Below are positions 23,103 through 31,453 of a stretch of 32,000 bases of DNA, one piece after another. Below the pieces are notes generated by a model. That model worked only from the letters and a program-made list of their open reading frames with translations, did not search any database and was not told where the DNA came from. The DNA is from Kineococcus radiotolerans SRS30216 = ATCC BAA-149 (GTDB lineage Bacteria; Actinomycetota; Actinomycetes; Actinomycetales; Kineococcaceae), in NCBI RefSeq assembly GCF_000017305.1, contig NC_009664.2, forward strand, positions 3,870,001 to 3,902,000, in the 5' to 3' direction. Every line of letters starts with the position of its first letter. The stretch's first letter is position 1. The position numbers and the translations under genes are program-made.

Positions 23103-23933
23103 TCAGGCGCCGACGGACAGCGTCCCGCGCAGCACGCTGTCGGAGGAGTGGCCGGGGTCCCCGTCCAGCGGTTCGCGGGAGACGTCGACGACGGCGAAGC
23201 GGTCCAGGTCGAGGTCGGCGGGCAGCGTCACCGTGGTCACCGCGGTCACCGCGCCGGCGTCCGCGGTGCCCCCGTCGAGGGTCCCCAGCGACACCAGCCC
23301 GCCGTCCGCGTCGAGCAGCCACGCCTCGAGGAACCCGTCCACCGGGGCGGGCACGCCGGAGATCCGCAGCTCCAGCCGCCGGGTGCCGTCCTGCTCGGTG
23401 ACGTCGGCGGTGCCGCGGGCGGGGCCCGGGTCCTGGCCGGGCAGGGGGCCCAGCGCCGCCGAGGACACCACCACCGGCCGCGGCGCGGCGGTGGGGGTGG
23501 GCGGGTCCGCCGCCAGCCGGGTGCCGAGCACCCCCAGGCCCAGGCCGACGGCCGCGGCCGCCGCGACCGGGAGCCAGCGGCGGCGGGGCGCGGTGCGCCC
23601 GGGCTCCCGCCGCAGCGGTCGCACGACCGGGGCGACCGGCTCGGGACCGCCGGCGGGCGCGGGGGACGGCGCACGGGGGGTGAGCGGGTCGAAACCGAGC
23701 TCGCGGGCGATGCCCTCCCACGTCCCCGCGGGCACCGGCACCGGCTCCACCACGTCCTCGGAGCGGGCCGCGCCGACGACCCGCGACCAGGCGGCGACCT
23801 CGTCGCGGCACACCGCGCACCCCGCCAGGTGGGCGTCGACCTCCGCGGGGACGTCCTCGCCCAGGGCCACGAGCACGGCGGTGTCCTCGGGGAGGTGACC
23901 GCCCTCGGGGAGGGTGGACTCATCCATCGGCAC
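23103..23933 (-). CDS. rskA: Anti-sigma factor, ZAS-type N-terminus with an RskA-like extracytoplasmic domain. An alternative ATG start lies at 23927.
   Basis: GGAGGA lies 5 nt upstream of GTG 23933, and the gene overlaps the sigma gene stop. The HxxxCxxC motif is AHLAGCAVC. There is a single TM (WLPVAAAAAVGLGLGVLG). The C-terminal RskA-like region reads LEAWLLDADGGLVSLGTL...VSREPLDGDPGHSSDSVL. Confidence 0.8.
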   Translation of the reverse strand: MPMDESTLPEGGHLPEDTAVLVALGEDVPAEVDAHLAGCAVCRDEVAAWSRVVGAARSEDVVEPVPVPAGTWEGIARELGFDPLTPRAPSPAPAGGPEPVAPVVRPLRREPGRTAPRRRWLPVAAAAAVGLGLGVLGTRLAADPPTPTAAPRPVVVSSAALGPLPGQDPGPARGTADVTEQDGTRRLELRISGVPAPVDGFLEAWLLDADGGLVSLGTLDGGTADAGAVTAVTTVTLPADLDLDRFAVVDVSREPLDGDPGHSSDSVLRGTLSVGA

Positions 23934-24531
23934 GGTCGTCCTCCAGGCGCGAACGCAACCGGCGCAGGGACCGCCGGAGGTGGCTCTTCACGGTACCCAC
24001 GGGCAGACCGGTGCGTTCGGCGATCTGCGTCTGGGTCAGGTCCTCGAAGAACGCCATCCGCACGAGGGTGCGCTGGGGTTCCCCGAGCTCGTCCACCTCG
24101 GCGAGCAGGACCACGCGGTCGGTCGCGGTGTCCTGCGGCGCGGGCTCCAGCACCACGGTGGCGTCCCCGCCGTGCAGCTGCTCGGGGTCGGTGAGGACCT
24201 CGGGCCGGTAGCGGGTGGTGAGGGCGTCGGCGATGCGGTGGCGGGCGATGCCCACCAGCCACGCCGGGAGCGAGGACCGCTCGGGGTCGAAGCGCTCCCG
24301 CGAGCGCCAGGCCGAGACGAAGACCGCCTGCACCACGTCCTGGGCGTCGGTCTCCTCCAGCCGGCGCCGGGCGAGGCCGTTGACCAGCGGGGCCCAGCGG
24401 GTGAACGCCTCCCGCAGGGCGCGCTCGTCCCCGGCGGCCAGCGCCCGGCCGACCGCGGCGTCGTCCCACGACGCCGGGTCGGTCCAGGCGGCTGCCGCCC
24501 GTGACGGTGACGGGTCGGGCCGGGGGTTCAC
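23920..24531 (-). CDS. sigK: ECF (group IV sigma-70) RNA polymerase sigma factor, SigK-like. The start is uncertain: GTG at 24531, 24540 or 24585.
   Basis: Region 2 reads DAQDVVQAVFVSAWRSRERFDPERSSLPAWLVGIARHRIADAL. The region 4 HTH reads LTQTQIAERTGLPVGTVKSHLRRSLRRLR. The gene is translationally coupled to an RskA-type anti-sigma gene. Confidence 0.85.
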   Translation of the reverse strand: MNPRPDPSPSRAAAAWTDPASWDDAAVGRALAAGDERALREAFTRWAPLVNGLARRRLEETDAQDVVQAVFVSAWRSRERFDPERSSLPAWLVGIARHRIADALTTRYRPEVLTDPEQLHGGDATVVLEPAPQDTATDRVVLLAEVDELGEPQRTLVRMAFFEDLTQTQIAERTGLPVGTVKSHLRRSLRRLRSRLEDDRADG

Positions 24532-24589
24532 GGGCCCCACCGTAGGGGTCCCGACCCCCGGCGCCAGCCCGGCGGGCCCTCCCACGGGC

Positions 24590-25270
24590 TCAGGCCCGCG
24601 CCGTGACGACGACGTTGTCCTCGTACGTCCCCGTCCGGGGGTCGAAGTCGCCGCCGCAGGTGACCAGCACCAGCTGCGGCGGCCCCTGCCGGGCGAACAG
24701 CTCACCGGTGGGCAGCTCGTCCTTGGGGTAGCTGCGCCGGGCCGTCACCGCGTGCTCGGAGACGCTCCCGTCGGAGGAGGTGACCCGCACGAGCATGCCG
24801 TCCGCCACGTCCTGGAGGTCGAAGAGGGCACCGGGCCCCGCGTCGCGGGTGTCGACGTGCCCGGCGAGCACGGCGTTGCCCGCCTCGCCCGGGACCGGGC
24901 CCCACCGGTACCAGCCCACGACGCGGGGGTCGTCGGGCACGGCCAGCGCCCCCGCCCCGTCCACGCCCACCGGGACGACGGGAGCGTCCACCCCGAGGGC
25001 GGGCACCTCCAGGCGCACCGGGACCGGCTCGGGGGCCGCGGGGACGGGAGCCGCGTCCCGGCGCCCCACCGGCGCCGGGACGGCCGCGGTGACCACCGGC
25101 CCCGGCGCGAGCGCGGGGGCGGTGGGAGCGGGAGCGGCGGCGGGCGGCGCCGGCAGGGGCGTCCCGAACCCCGCCGCCGGGCGCGCGAGCCACCACCCGG
25201 CGATCAGCAGGACCCCGACGAGGGCCAGCGCGCACGCCAGGACGGCGCGGACCCCGGCCCGGGGGCGCAC
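24590..25270 (-). CDS. Class F sortase (transpeptidase). An alternative GTG start lies at 25321.
   Basis: The N-terminal TM anchor is VRAVLACALALVGVLLIAGWW. The sortase motifs are VGWYRWGPVPGEAGNAVLAGHVD (catalytic His), LVLVTCGG (catalytic Cys) and NVVVTARA (Arg). Confidence 0.8.
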   Translation of the reverse strand: MRPRAGVRAVLACALALVGVLLIAGWWLARPAAGFGTPLPAPPAAAPAPTAPALAPGPVVTAAVPAPVGRRDAAPVPAAPEPVPVRLEVPALGVDAPVVPVGVDGAGALAVPDDPRVVGWYRWGPVPGEAGNAVLAGHVDTRDAGPGALFDLQDVADGMLVRVTSSDGSVSEHAVTARRSYPKDELPTGELFARQGPPQLVLVTCGGDFDPRTGTYEDNVVVTARA

Positions 25271-25301
25271 CGGGACCGGTGCGCCCCCGTCCCGGCGCGC
25301 C

Positions 25302-26144
25302 TCAGGCCGCGGCGCGCGCACGCCGGGAGGCGACGGCGGCGACCCCCGCACCGGCGAGCGTGAGCGCGCCGGCGCCGGCCACCCAGCCGGGCAGGCCGTC
25401 CTGGGCCCCGCCGCCGGAACCGGACGGGACGCCGGTGGGAGCACCCGCACCGGCGGTGATCTGCTGGGTGGCCAGGGCGAGGTTCCCGTCCGCGGCCGAG
25501 CCCCAGGCGTAGACGACCGTCTCGGTGCCCTCGGGCAGGGTCAGGTCGGCCGGGCCGATCGCGACCTGGTCGGTCCCGGCGAGGACGACGTCGGCGCTGA
25601 CCGTGCCGGCGGGCACGGTGGCGCTGGCCTCGTTCGGGTTGGTCAGCCCGGTCAGCGCGGGCTGACCGCCGGCGCGCACGTCCACGGCCGGCGCGGCCGC
25701 GACGTGGCGGACGGTGAGCTCGGCCTGCCCCGCGGCCAGGTCGGCGGGCGTGTTCACGAACGGCGTCAGCGTCGGGGCGCCCTCGGCGCTCAGGTGGGCC
25801 ACGACGGTGACGTTCGCCCCGGCGGGGACCTGCACGTCGTTCGCGGAGATCGCCGGCTGGGTGGTGGCCGGGTCCGCCCCGGCCGGGTAGACGGCGAGGT
25901 CGTAGCTGCCCGTGGGCAGCTGCTGCGGGTCGGTCAGGGTCCCCGGGGTGAAGCCGGGCACGAGGGCCTGGCCGTTGGCGTACACGTCCACGGTCAGCCC
26001 GGGGACGGCGTGCAGGATCGAGACGGTGGCCGTGCCGGTCGTGGCGGCGGCCGCGGTGCCCGCGGTGGCGACCACGGCCACCGGGACGGCGAGGGCGATC
26101 ATCGGTGCGGCGACGAGAGCGGCGGTGCTGCGGGCGGTGCGCAT
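25302..26144 (-). CDS. DUF4397 domain-containing secreted protein with a C-terminal hydrophobic anchor and a basic tail
   Basis: GGAGGA lies 6 nt upstream of ATG 26144. An N-terminal signal peptide is present. There are two DUF4397-like repeats (VSILHAVPGLTVDVYANGQ... and LTVRHVAAAPAVDVRAGGQ...). The C-terminus is WVAGAGALTLAGAGVAAVASRRARAAA. Confidence 0.8.
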   Translation of the reverse strand: MRTARSTAALVAAPMIALAVPVAVVATAGTAAAATTGTATVSILHAVPGLTVDVYANGQALVPGFTPGTLTDPQQLPTGSYDLAVYPAGADPATTQPAISANDVQVPAGANVTVVAHLSAEGAPTLTPFVNTPADLAAGQAELTVRHVAAAPAVDVRAGGQPALTGLTNPNEASATVPAGTVSADVVLAGTDQVAIGPADLTLPEGTETVVYAWGSAADGNLALATQQITAGAGAPTGVPSGSGGGAQDGLPGWVAGAGALTLAGAGVAAVASRRARAAA

Positions 26145-26332
26145 CGGTTCTCCTCCAGGGTCTCGGGCCGCGCGGTGCGGCCCGTCACCCCCTCCTTCCG
26201 CCCGGGGGCGGTCGACGGATGCACCCGGCTCGGGTTTTCTCCCCGGTCTCCTCCCCGGGGGTCCGGGGCCCGCCCGGCGCCGGTGGTCGCCGACCGGTGG
26301 GGTGCCGGACCGCCGCCTAGACTCGACCGGTC

Positions 26333-29300
26333 ATGTCCCGGTCCTCCCAGCGGCGTTCCCGCCCCGCCTCCCGCACCCCCGTCCGCTCCCGCCCGGGCTC
26401 CGCCCCCGGGGCGCTGCCCGCCGACCCGCGCGCCAGCGCCCTCGCCGAGCGGCTGCGCGCGGTCTCCCTGCGCGACGAGGACCGCCTCCGCCGCCGGCTG
26501 GCGGGCCTGGCCCGGCGCCCGGTGGAGGCCTTCGAGGAGGAGCTGCCCGCCCTGGAGCAGCAGACGGTCGCCGCCGAGCAGCGGGTGACCGCCCGCGCCG
26601 CGAGCGTCCCCGCCCTGCGCTACCCGGAGCAGCTGCCGGTCAGCCAGGAGAAGGACCGCATCGCCGCCGCGCTGCGCGACCACCAGGTGATCGTCGTCGC
26701 CGGCGAGACCGGGTCGGGCAAGACGACGCAGCTGCCGAAGATCTGCCTGGAGATCGGCCGCGGGCTGCGCGGGCGGATCGGGCACACCCAGCCCCGGCGG
26801 ATCGCCGCGCGCGCGGTGGCCGAACGCGTCGCCGAGGAGCTCGGCACCGAGCTGGGCGGCAGCGTCGGCTACGCCGTGCGCTTCACCGACACCGTCGGCG
26901 AGGACAGCCTCGTCAAGGTCATGACCGACGGGATCCTGCTGGCCGAGATCCAGCGCGACCCCGAACTGCTCCAGTACGACACCCTCATCATCGACGAGGC
27001 CCACGAGCGCAGCCTGACCATCGACTTCCTGCTCGGCTACCTCGCCCGGCTGCTGCCGCGCCGGCCCGAGCTGAAGCTCGTCATCACCTCCGCGACGATC
27101 GACCCCGAGCGGTTCTCCCGCCACTTCGGCGGGGCGCCGATCCTCGAGGTCTCCGGGCGCACCTACCCCGTGGAGGTGCGCTACCGCCCGCTGCTGGCGG
27201 CCGAGCTCGCCGAGGAGCTGCTCGGCCCCGCCGACGAGGAGGAGGGCGACGCCCTCGACGAGCGCGACGACCTCGTCGGCGACGACCGCGACCAGACCGA
27301 GGGCATCCTCGACGCCGTGCGCGAGCTCGCCGCCGAGGGACCCGGCGACGTCCTGGTGTTCCTGCCCGGCGAGCGGGAGATCCGCGACACCGCCGACGCG
27401 CTCGCGGACCTGGTCAAGGAGCGCGGGTTCCGCGGCACGGAGATCCTCCCGCTGTTCGCCCGGCTGTCCGCCGAGGAGCAGCACCGCGTGTTCCGGACCG
27501 CCGCCCACCGCCGGATCGTGCTGGCCACCAACGTCGCCGAGACCTCGCTGACCGTCCCCGGCATCCGCTACGTCGTGGACGCCGGGACCGCGCGGATCTC
27601 CCGCTACAGCCACCGCACGAAGGTGCAGCGGCTGCCCATCGAGCGGATCTCGCAGGCCTCGGCCAACCAGCGGGCCGGCCGCTGCGGCCGAGTCGCCGAC
27701 GGCATCTGCATCCGGCTCTACTCCCAGAGCGACTTCGAGTCGCGCCCGGAGTTCACCGACCCCGAGATCCTGCGGACCAACCTCGCCGCGGTCATCCTGC
27801 AGATGACCTCCCTCGGGCTCGGCGACATCGCCGCGTTCCCGTTCGTCGAACCCCCCGAGCCGCGCGCGATCACCGACGGCCTCGCCCTGCTGGCCGAGCT
27901 CGGCGCGCTGGAGGACGCCCGCCCGGGCGACCGCGGCGTCCCCCGCCTGACCCCCACCGGGCGCGACCTCGCCCGGCTGCCCATCGACCCGCGGCTGGGG
28001 CGGATGGTGCTGGAGGCCCAGCGCAACGGCTGCCTGCACGACGTCCTCGTCGTCGTGGCGGCGCTGTCGGTGCAGGACCCGCGCGAACGCCCGCTGGAGA
28101 AGCGCGAGCAGGCCGCGCAGCTGCACGCGCGGTTCCGCCACGAGCAGTCCGACTTCCTCACCTACCTCAACCTGTGGTCCTACCTGCAGCACCTGCAGCG
28201 CGACCTGTCCTCCTCGGCGTTCCGCCGCCGGGTCAAGGCCGAGATGCTGCACTTCCTGCGGATCCGGGAGTGGCAGGACACCTATTCCCAGCTGCGCCGG
28301 GTGACCCGGGACCTGAGGTTCTCCGTCGAGGTCCGCGAACCCGCCGAGCTCGGCGAGGACGAGCTGTTCCCCGCGCCGGGCTACGACGCCGACGCGGTGC
28401 ACCGCTCGCTGCTGGCCGGGCTGCTGGGCAACATCGGGCTGAAGGACGTCCGCGAGGACACCGCCAAGGCCGGGGCGAGGACCGGGGGACGCCGTGAGAG
28501 CCGGCCCACCGGCCGGCAGCAGGTGGAGTACACCGGCGCCCGGGGGGCGAAGTTCGCCGTCTCCCCGGGGTCCTCGCTGGGCCGGCGCAGCCCGGACTGG
28601 GTCGTGGCGGGCGAGCTCGTGGAGACGTCGCGGTTGTGGGCGCGCGTCGTCGCCGCCATCGACCCGCGCTGGATCGAGCCGCTGGCCGCGCACGTCGTGC
28701 GGCGCAGCTACTCCGAACCCCGGTGGTCGCGCAAGCGCGCCGCGGTGATCGCCACCGAGCGCGTCACCCTCTACGGGGTGCCGATCGTCGCCGGGCGCAG
28801 CGTGCCCTACGGCGGCGTCGACCCCGAACTGGCCCGCGACCTCTTCATCCGCCACGCCCTGGTGGAGGGGGACTTCGAGACCCGGCACGAGTTCTTCCAC
28901 CGCAACCGGGAACTGCTGGCCGAGGCGGAGGAGCTGGAGCACCGCGCCCGGCGGCGCGACATCGTCGTCGACGACGAGGTGCTCTTCGCCTTCTACGACG
29001 CCCGCGTCCCCGCCGACGTCGTCTCCGGCCGCCACTTCGACGCGTGGTGGAAGGACGAGCGGCGGGTGCGCCCGGACCTGCTGACCTTCGACCCGGCGAT
29101 GCTGGTCACCGAGGACGACGCGGTGAGCGAGGAGCAGTTCCCCCGCGTCTGGCGCCAGGGGGACCTGGAGCTGGCCCTGGACTACGTCTTCGACCCCGGC
29201 TCGCCCGCCGACGGCCTGACCGTGGACGTGCCCGTCGAGGTCGTCAACCGCTTCGACGACCGGGACCTGCTGTGGCAGGTCCCCGGGTTCCGCCACGACC

Positions 29301-30499
29301 TGGTGACCGCGATGATCCGGGCGCTGCCCAAGGAGCTGCGCAAGAACCTCGCCCCGGCGCCCGACAAGGCCGCCCGGTTCCTGGAGCGGGTCCGGCCCCA
29401 CGTGGACCGGTTCTGGCCCGCCTTCGAGGCCGAGATGCCCCGGCTGGGCGACGGGACGGAGATCTACGCCGAGGACGTGGACTGGACGAAGGTCCCCGCC
29501 CACCTGCGCCCCACGTTCCGGGTGCTGGCGGGGGACGGGTCGGTCCTGGCCACCGGCAAGGACTTCCCCCGGCTGCGGGCCTCCCTGGAGACCGCCGTCG
29601 TCGAGACCCTCGCCGCCGCCGCCGACGACGTGCAGCGCACCGGGGCCACCTCGTGGGCCGACCTGCCCGAGGAGGTCCCCCCGACCCACACCAGCGTCGT
29701 GCGCGGCAGCGACGTCACGTCCTACCCCGCGCTGGTCGACGAGGGCACCACCGTCGGCCTGCGGACCTTCCCCGACGCCGCGCGGGCCGCCGTCGCCCAC
29801 CGCGAGGGGGTGCTGCGGCTGCTCGTGCTGGCCCTGCCGTCCCCGGCGCGCCGCGTCCAGGACGCTCTCACCAACGACGCGAAGCTGCTGCTGGCCCGGG
29901 CTCCGCACGCCGACGCCGGCGCCGTCGTCGCCGACTGCGCGCAGGCCGCCGCGGCGCAGTTGCTCGACGAGGCCCGCGGCGGCGAGGTCCGCACGGCGGG
30001 GGAGTTCCGGCGGCTGCTGGAGCGGGTGTCGCCGCGCTACGCCGACCTCACGGCCACGGCGGTGGAGCGCACGCTGCGGGTGCTGCGCACCGCGGCCGCG
30101 GTGGAGAAGAACATCTCCCGCACCAGCAGCCTCGCGCTGGTGCCCTCCCTGGCCGACGTCCGCGAGCAGTTCACCGGTCTCGTGCACGCGGGGTTCGTCG
30201 CCGAGACCGGGGTCGAGCGGCTCCCGGACCTGCTGCGCTACCTGCAGGGGATCGACCGCCGGCTGGCGACGATGCCGGAGAACCCGCAGCGGGACCGGGT
30301 GCGGATGGCGGAGTTCGCCCGGGTGCGCGAGGAGCACCGGAAGCGGCTGGCGCGCGCCGGTTCACCGGTCCCCCCGGAGCTGGCGCGGATCCGCTGGACG
30401 CTGGAGGAGCTGCGGCTGCAGAAGTTCGCCCCGGGGATCCCCACGGCCCACCCGGTCAGCGACGAGCGCGTGCTCAAGGCGCTGGCGGAATTCCCCTGA
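26333..30499 (+). CDS. hrpA: ATP-dependent RNA helicase HrpA (DEAH-box)
   Basis: The helicase motifs are VVAGETGSGKTTQLPK (motif I), IIDEAHERS (DEAH), ITSATID and TNVAETSLTVPGIRYVVD...QRAGRCGR. The long C-terminal HA2/OB/HrpA-specific extension and the 1388-aa length fit HrpA. Confidence 0.95.
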   Translation: MSRSSQRRSRPASRTPVRSRPGSAPGALPADPRASALAERLRAVSLRDEDRLRRRLAGLARRPVEAFEEELPALEQQTVAAEQRVTARAASVPALRYPEQLPVSQEKDRIAAALRDHQVIVVAGETGSGKTTQLPKICLEIGRGLRGRIGHTQPRRIAARAVAERVAEELGTELGGSVGYAVRFTDTVGEDSLVKVMTDGILLAEIQRDPELLQYDTLIIDEAHERSLTIDFLLGYLARLLPRRPELKLVITSATIDPERFSRHFGGAPILEVSGRTYPVEVRYRPLLAAELAEELLGPADEEEGDALDERDDLVGDDRDQTEGILDAVRELAAEGPGDVLVFLPGEREIRDTADALADLVKERGFRGTEILPLFARLSAEEQHRVFRTAAHRRIVLATNVAETSLTVPGIRYVVDAGTARISRYSHRTKVQRLPIERISQASANQRAGRCGRVADGICIRLYSQSDFESRPEFTDPEILRTNLAAVILQMTSLGLGDIAAFPFVEPPEPRAITDGLALLAELGALEDARPGDRGVPRLTPTGRDLARLPIDPRLGRMVLEAQRNGCLHDVLVVVAALSVQDPRERPLEKREQAAQLHARFRHEQSDFLTYLNLWSYLQHLQRDLSSSAFRRRVKAEMLHFLRIREWQDTYSQLRRVTRDLRFSVEVREPAELGEDELFPAPGYDADAVHRSLLAGLLGNIGLKDVREDTAKAGARTGGRRESRPTGRQQVEYTGARGAKFAVSPGSSLGRRSPDWVVAGELVETSRLWARVVAAIDPRWIEPLAAHVVRRSYSEPRWSRKRAAVIATERVTLYGVPIVAGRSVPYGGVDPELARDLFIRHALVEGDFETRHEFFHRNRELLAEAEELEHRARRRDIVVDDEVLFAFYDARVPADVVSGRHFDAWWKDERRVRPDLLTFDPAMLVTEDDAVSEEQFPRVWRQGDLELALDYVFDPGSPADGLTVDVPVEVVNRFDDRDLLWQVPGFRHDLVTAMIRALPKELRKNLAPAPDKAARFLERVRPHVDRFWPAFEAEMPRLGDGTEIYAEDVDWTKVPAHLRPTFRVLAGDGSVLATGKDFPRLRASLETAVVETLAAAADDVQRTGATSWADLPEEVPPTHTSVVRGSDVTSYPALVDEGTTVGLRTFPDAARAAVAHREGVLRLLVLALPSPARRVQDALTNDAKLLLARAPHADAGAVVADCAQAAAAQLLDEARGGEVRTAGEFRRLLERVSPRYADLTATAVERTLRVLRTAAAVEKNISRTSSLALVPSLADVREQFTGLVHAGFVAETGVERLPDLLRYLQGIDRRLATMPENPQRDRVRMAEFARVREEHRKRLARAGSPVPPELARIRWTLEELRLQKFAPGIPTAHPVSDERVLKALAEFP

Positions 30500-30515
30500 G
30501 GAGTTCCGCCGAGGT

Positions 30516-30542
30516 CTTGCACTCGACCCGTCGGAGTGCTAG
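30516..30542 (+). promoter_or_regulatory. CIRCE-like inverted repeat (putative HrcA operator) overlapping a putative promoter upstream of hsp20
   Basis: CTTGCACTC-N9-GAGTGCTAG compares with the CIRCE consensus TTAGCACTC-N9-GAGTGCTAA. The GCACTC/GAGTGC core is perfect and there are 3 mismatches in 18 positions. TTGCAC (30517-30522) and TAGATC (30540-30545) are spaced 17 nt apart, like -35 and -10 elements. Confidence 0.6.
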
Positions 30543-30619
30543 ATCTGAGGTGTGGCACCGGCCCGGCCGGTGACCCGATCGGCAGCGCATCTCCTTCTCT
30601 CGCACTGGAGGTGGTGTAC

Positions 30620-31039
30620 GTGTTGATGCGCACTGATCCCTTCCGGGAGCTCGACCGGCTCACCCAGCAGGTCCTCGGGACGACAGCCCGGCCCGCGCTC
30701 ATGGCGATGGACGCCTGGCGCAGCGGCGAGGAGTTCGTCGTCGAGTTCGACCTCCCGGGGGTCGACCCGTCCAGCATCGAGCTGGACGTCCAACGCAACG
30801 TCCTCAGCGTCCGGGCCCAGCGCCCGGTGCACGAGGGCACGGCCGAGATGGTCGCGGCCGAACGTCCGCGCGGGGTGTTCAGCCGCCAGCTGATCCTCGG
30901 CGACAACCTGGACACCGAGCGGATCACCGCGAACTACCAGGCGGGTGTCCTCGCGCTGCGGGTCCCGGTGGCGGAGAAGGCCAAGCCGCGACGCATCGCC
31001 GTCGAGACGGCCGAGCAGCCGCAGGCCATCTCCACCTGA
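30620..31039 (+). CDS. Hsp20/alpha-crystallin-family small heat-shock protein. The start is GTG 30620 or ATG 30626.
   Basis: GGAGG (30607-30611) lies 8 nt upstream of GTG 30620. The N-terminus (V)[19 protein letters not shown] is typical of actinobacterial Hsp18/Hsp20. The alpha-crystallin domain reads [39 protein letters not shown]...GVLALRVPV. Confidence 0.9.
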   Translation: MLMRTDPFRELDRLTQQVLGTTARPALMAMDAWRSGEEFVVEFDLPGVDPSSIELDVQRNVLSVRAQRPVHEGTAEMVAAERPRGVFSRQLILGDNLDTERITANYQAGVLALRVPVAEKAKPRRIAVETAEQPQAIST

Positions 31040-31048
31040 GGGGTCCCC

Positions 31049-31288
31049 GTGGGCGTGCTCGTGCAGGAACGACGGCGCCCCGGCGAGGACCGGCCGGCCG
31101 CGGGGCTGGACGGGTGGTCGCAGGACGAGGTCGAGGAGGAGTTCCGCGCCCTGGTGGCGACCCTCCTCGACACCCCGACCGACGTCGTCCGCCCCGGTCC
31201 CCACCCCCCGGTGCCACCGCGCCCGCCGGTGGCGGTGGCCGGGGCCGGGGACCGCAGACCGCCCCGCCGGGAGCGCTCGCCCCCGTGA
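31049..31288 (+). CDS. Hypothetical small protein (79 aa), with an acidic N-half and a Pro-rich C-half
   Basis: GTG 31049 lies 9 nt after the hsp20 stop, with GAGGGG upstream. GC3 is high throughout. I recognise no family. It could be a chance ORF in high-GC DNA. Confidence 0.4.
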   Translation: MGVLVQERRRPGEDRPAAGLDGWSQDEVEEEFRALVATLLDTPTDVVRPGPHPPVPPRPPVAVAGAGDRRPPRRERSPP

Positions 31289-31453
31289 CGGGACCCGCGG
31301 GGGCGTGGCGGTGAGCTCCACGGGCCCGGTCGCGCCCACCCGGACGCGACCGGGCCCACCGGGACCCGCCGCCGTCCGCGCCGACGGCCCGGCGGGGGGT
31401 CCCCGTAGGCTGCACGCTCGGGGCACGGGCGGCAGCGGGGACGGGGGACGACG

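Noticed and set aside
26318-26335. TAGACT, a -10-like hexamer 9 nt upstream of the hrpA ATG, considered as evidence for a leaderless start
   Set aside because: The spacing is too long for a leaderless start at the ATG and too short to hold an SD sequence. It is ambiguous and was not reported as a feature.
26099-30337. A 1412-aa minus-strand ORF antisense to hrpA
   Set aside because: The reasoning is the same as for the ORF antisense to the ATPase gene. The + strand frame has the full set of DEAH helicase motifs, and the antisense product is low complexity.
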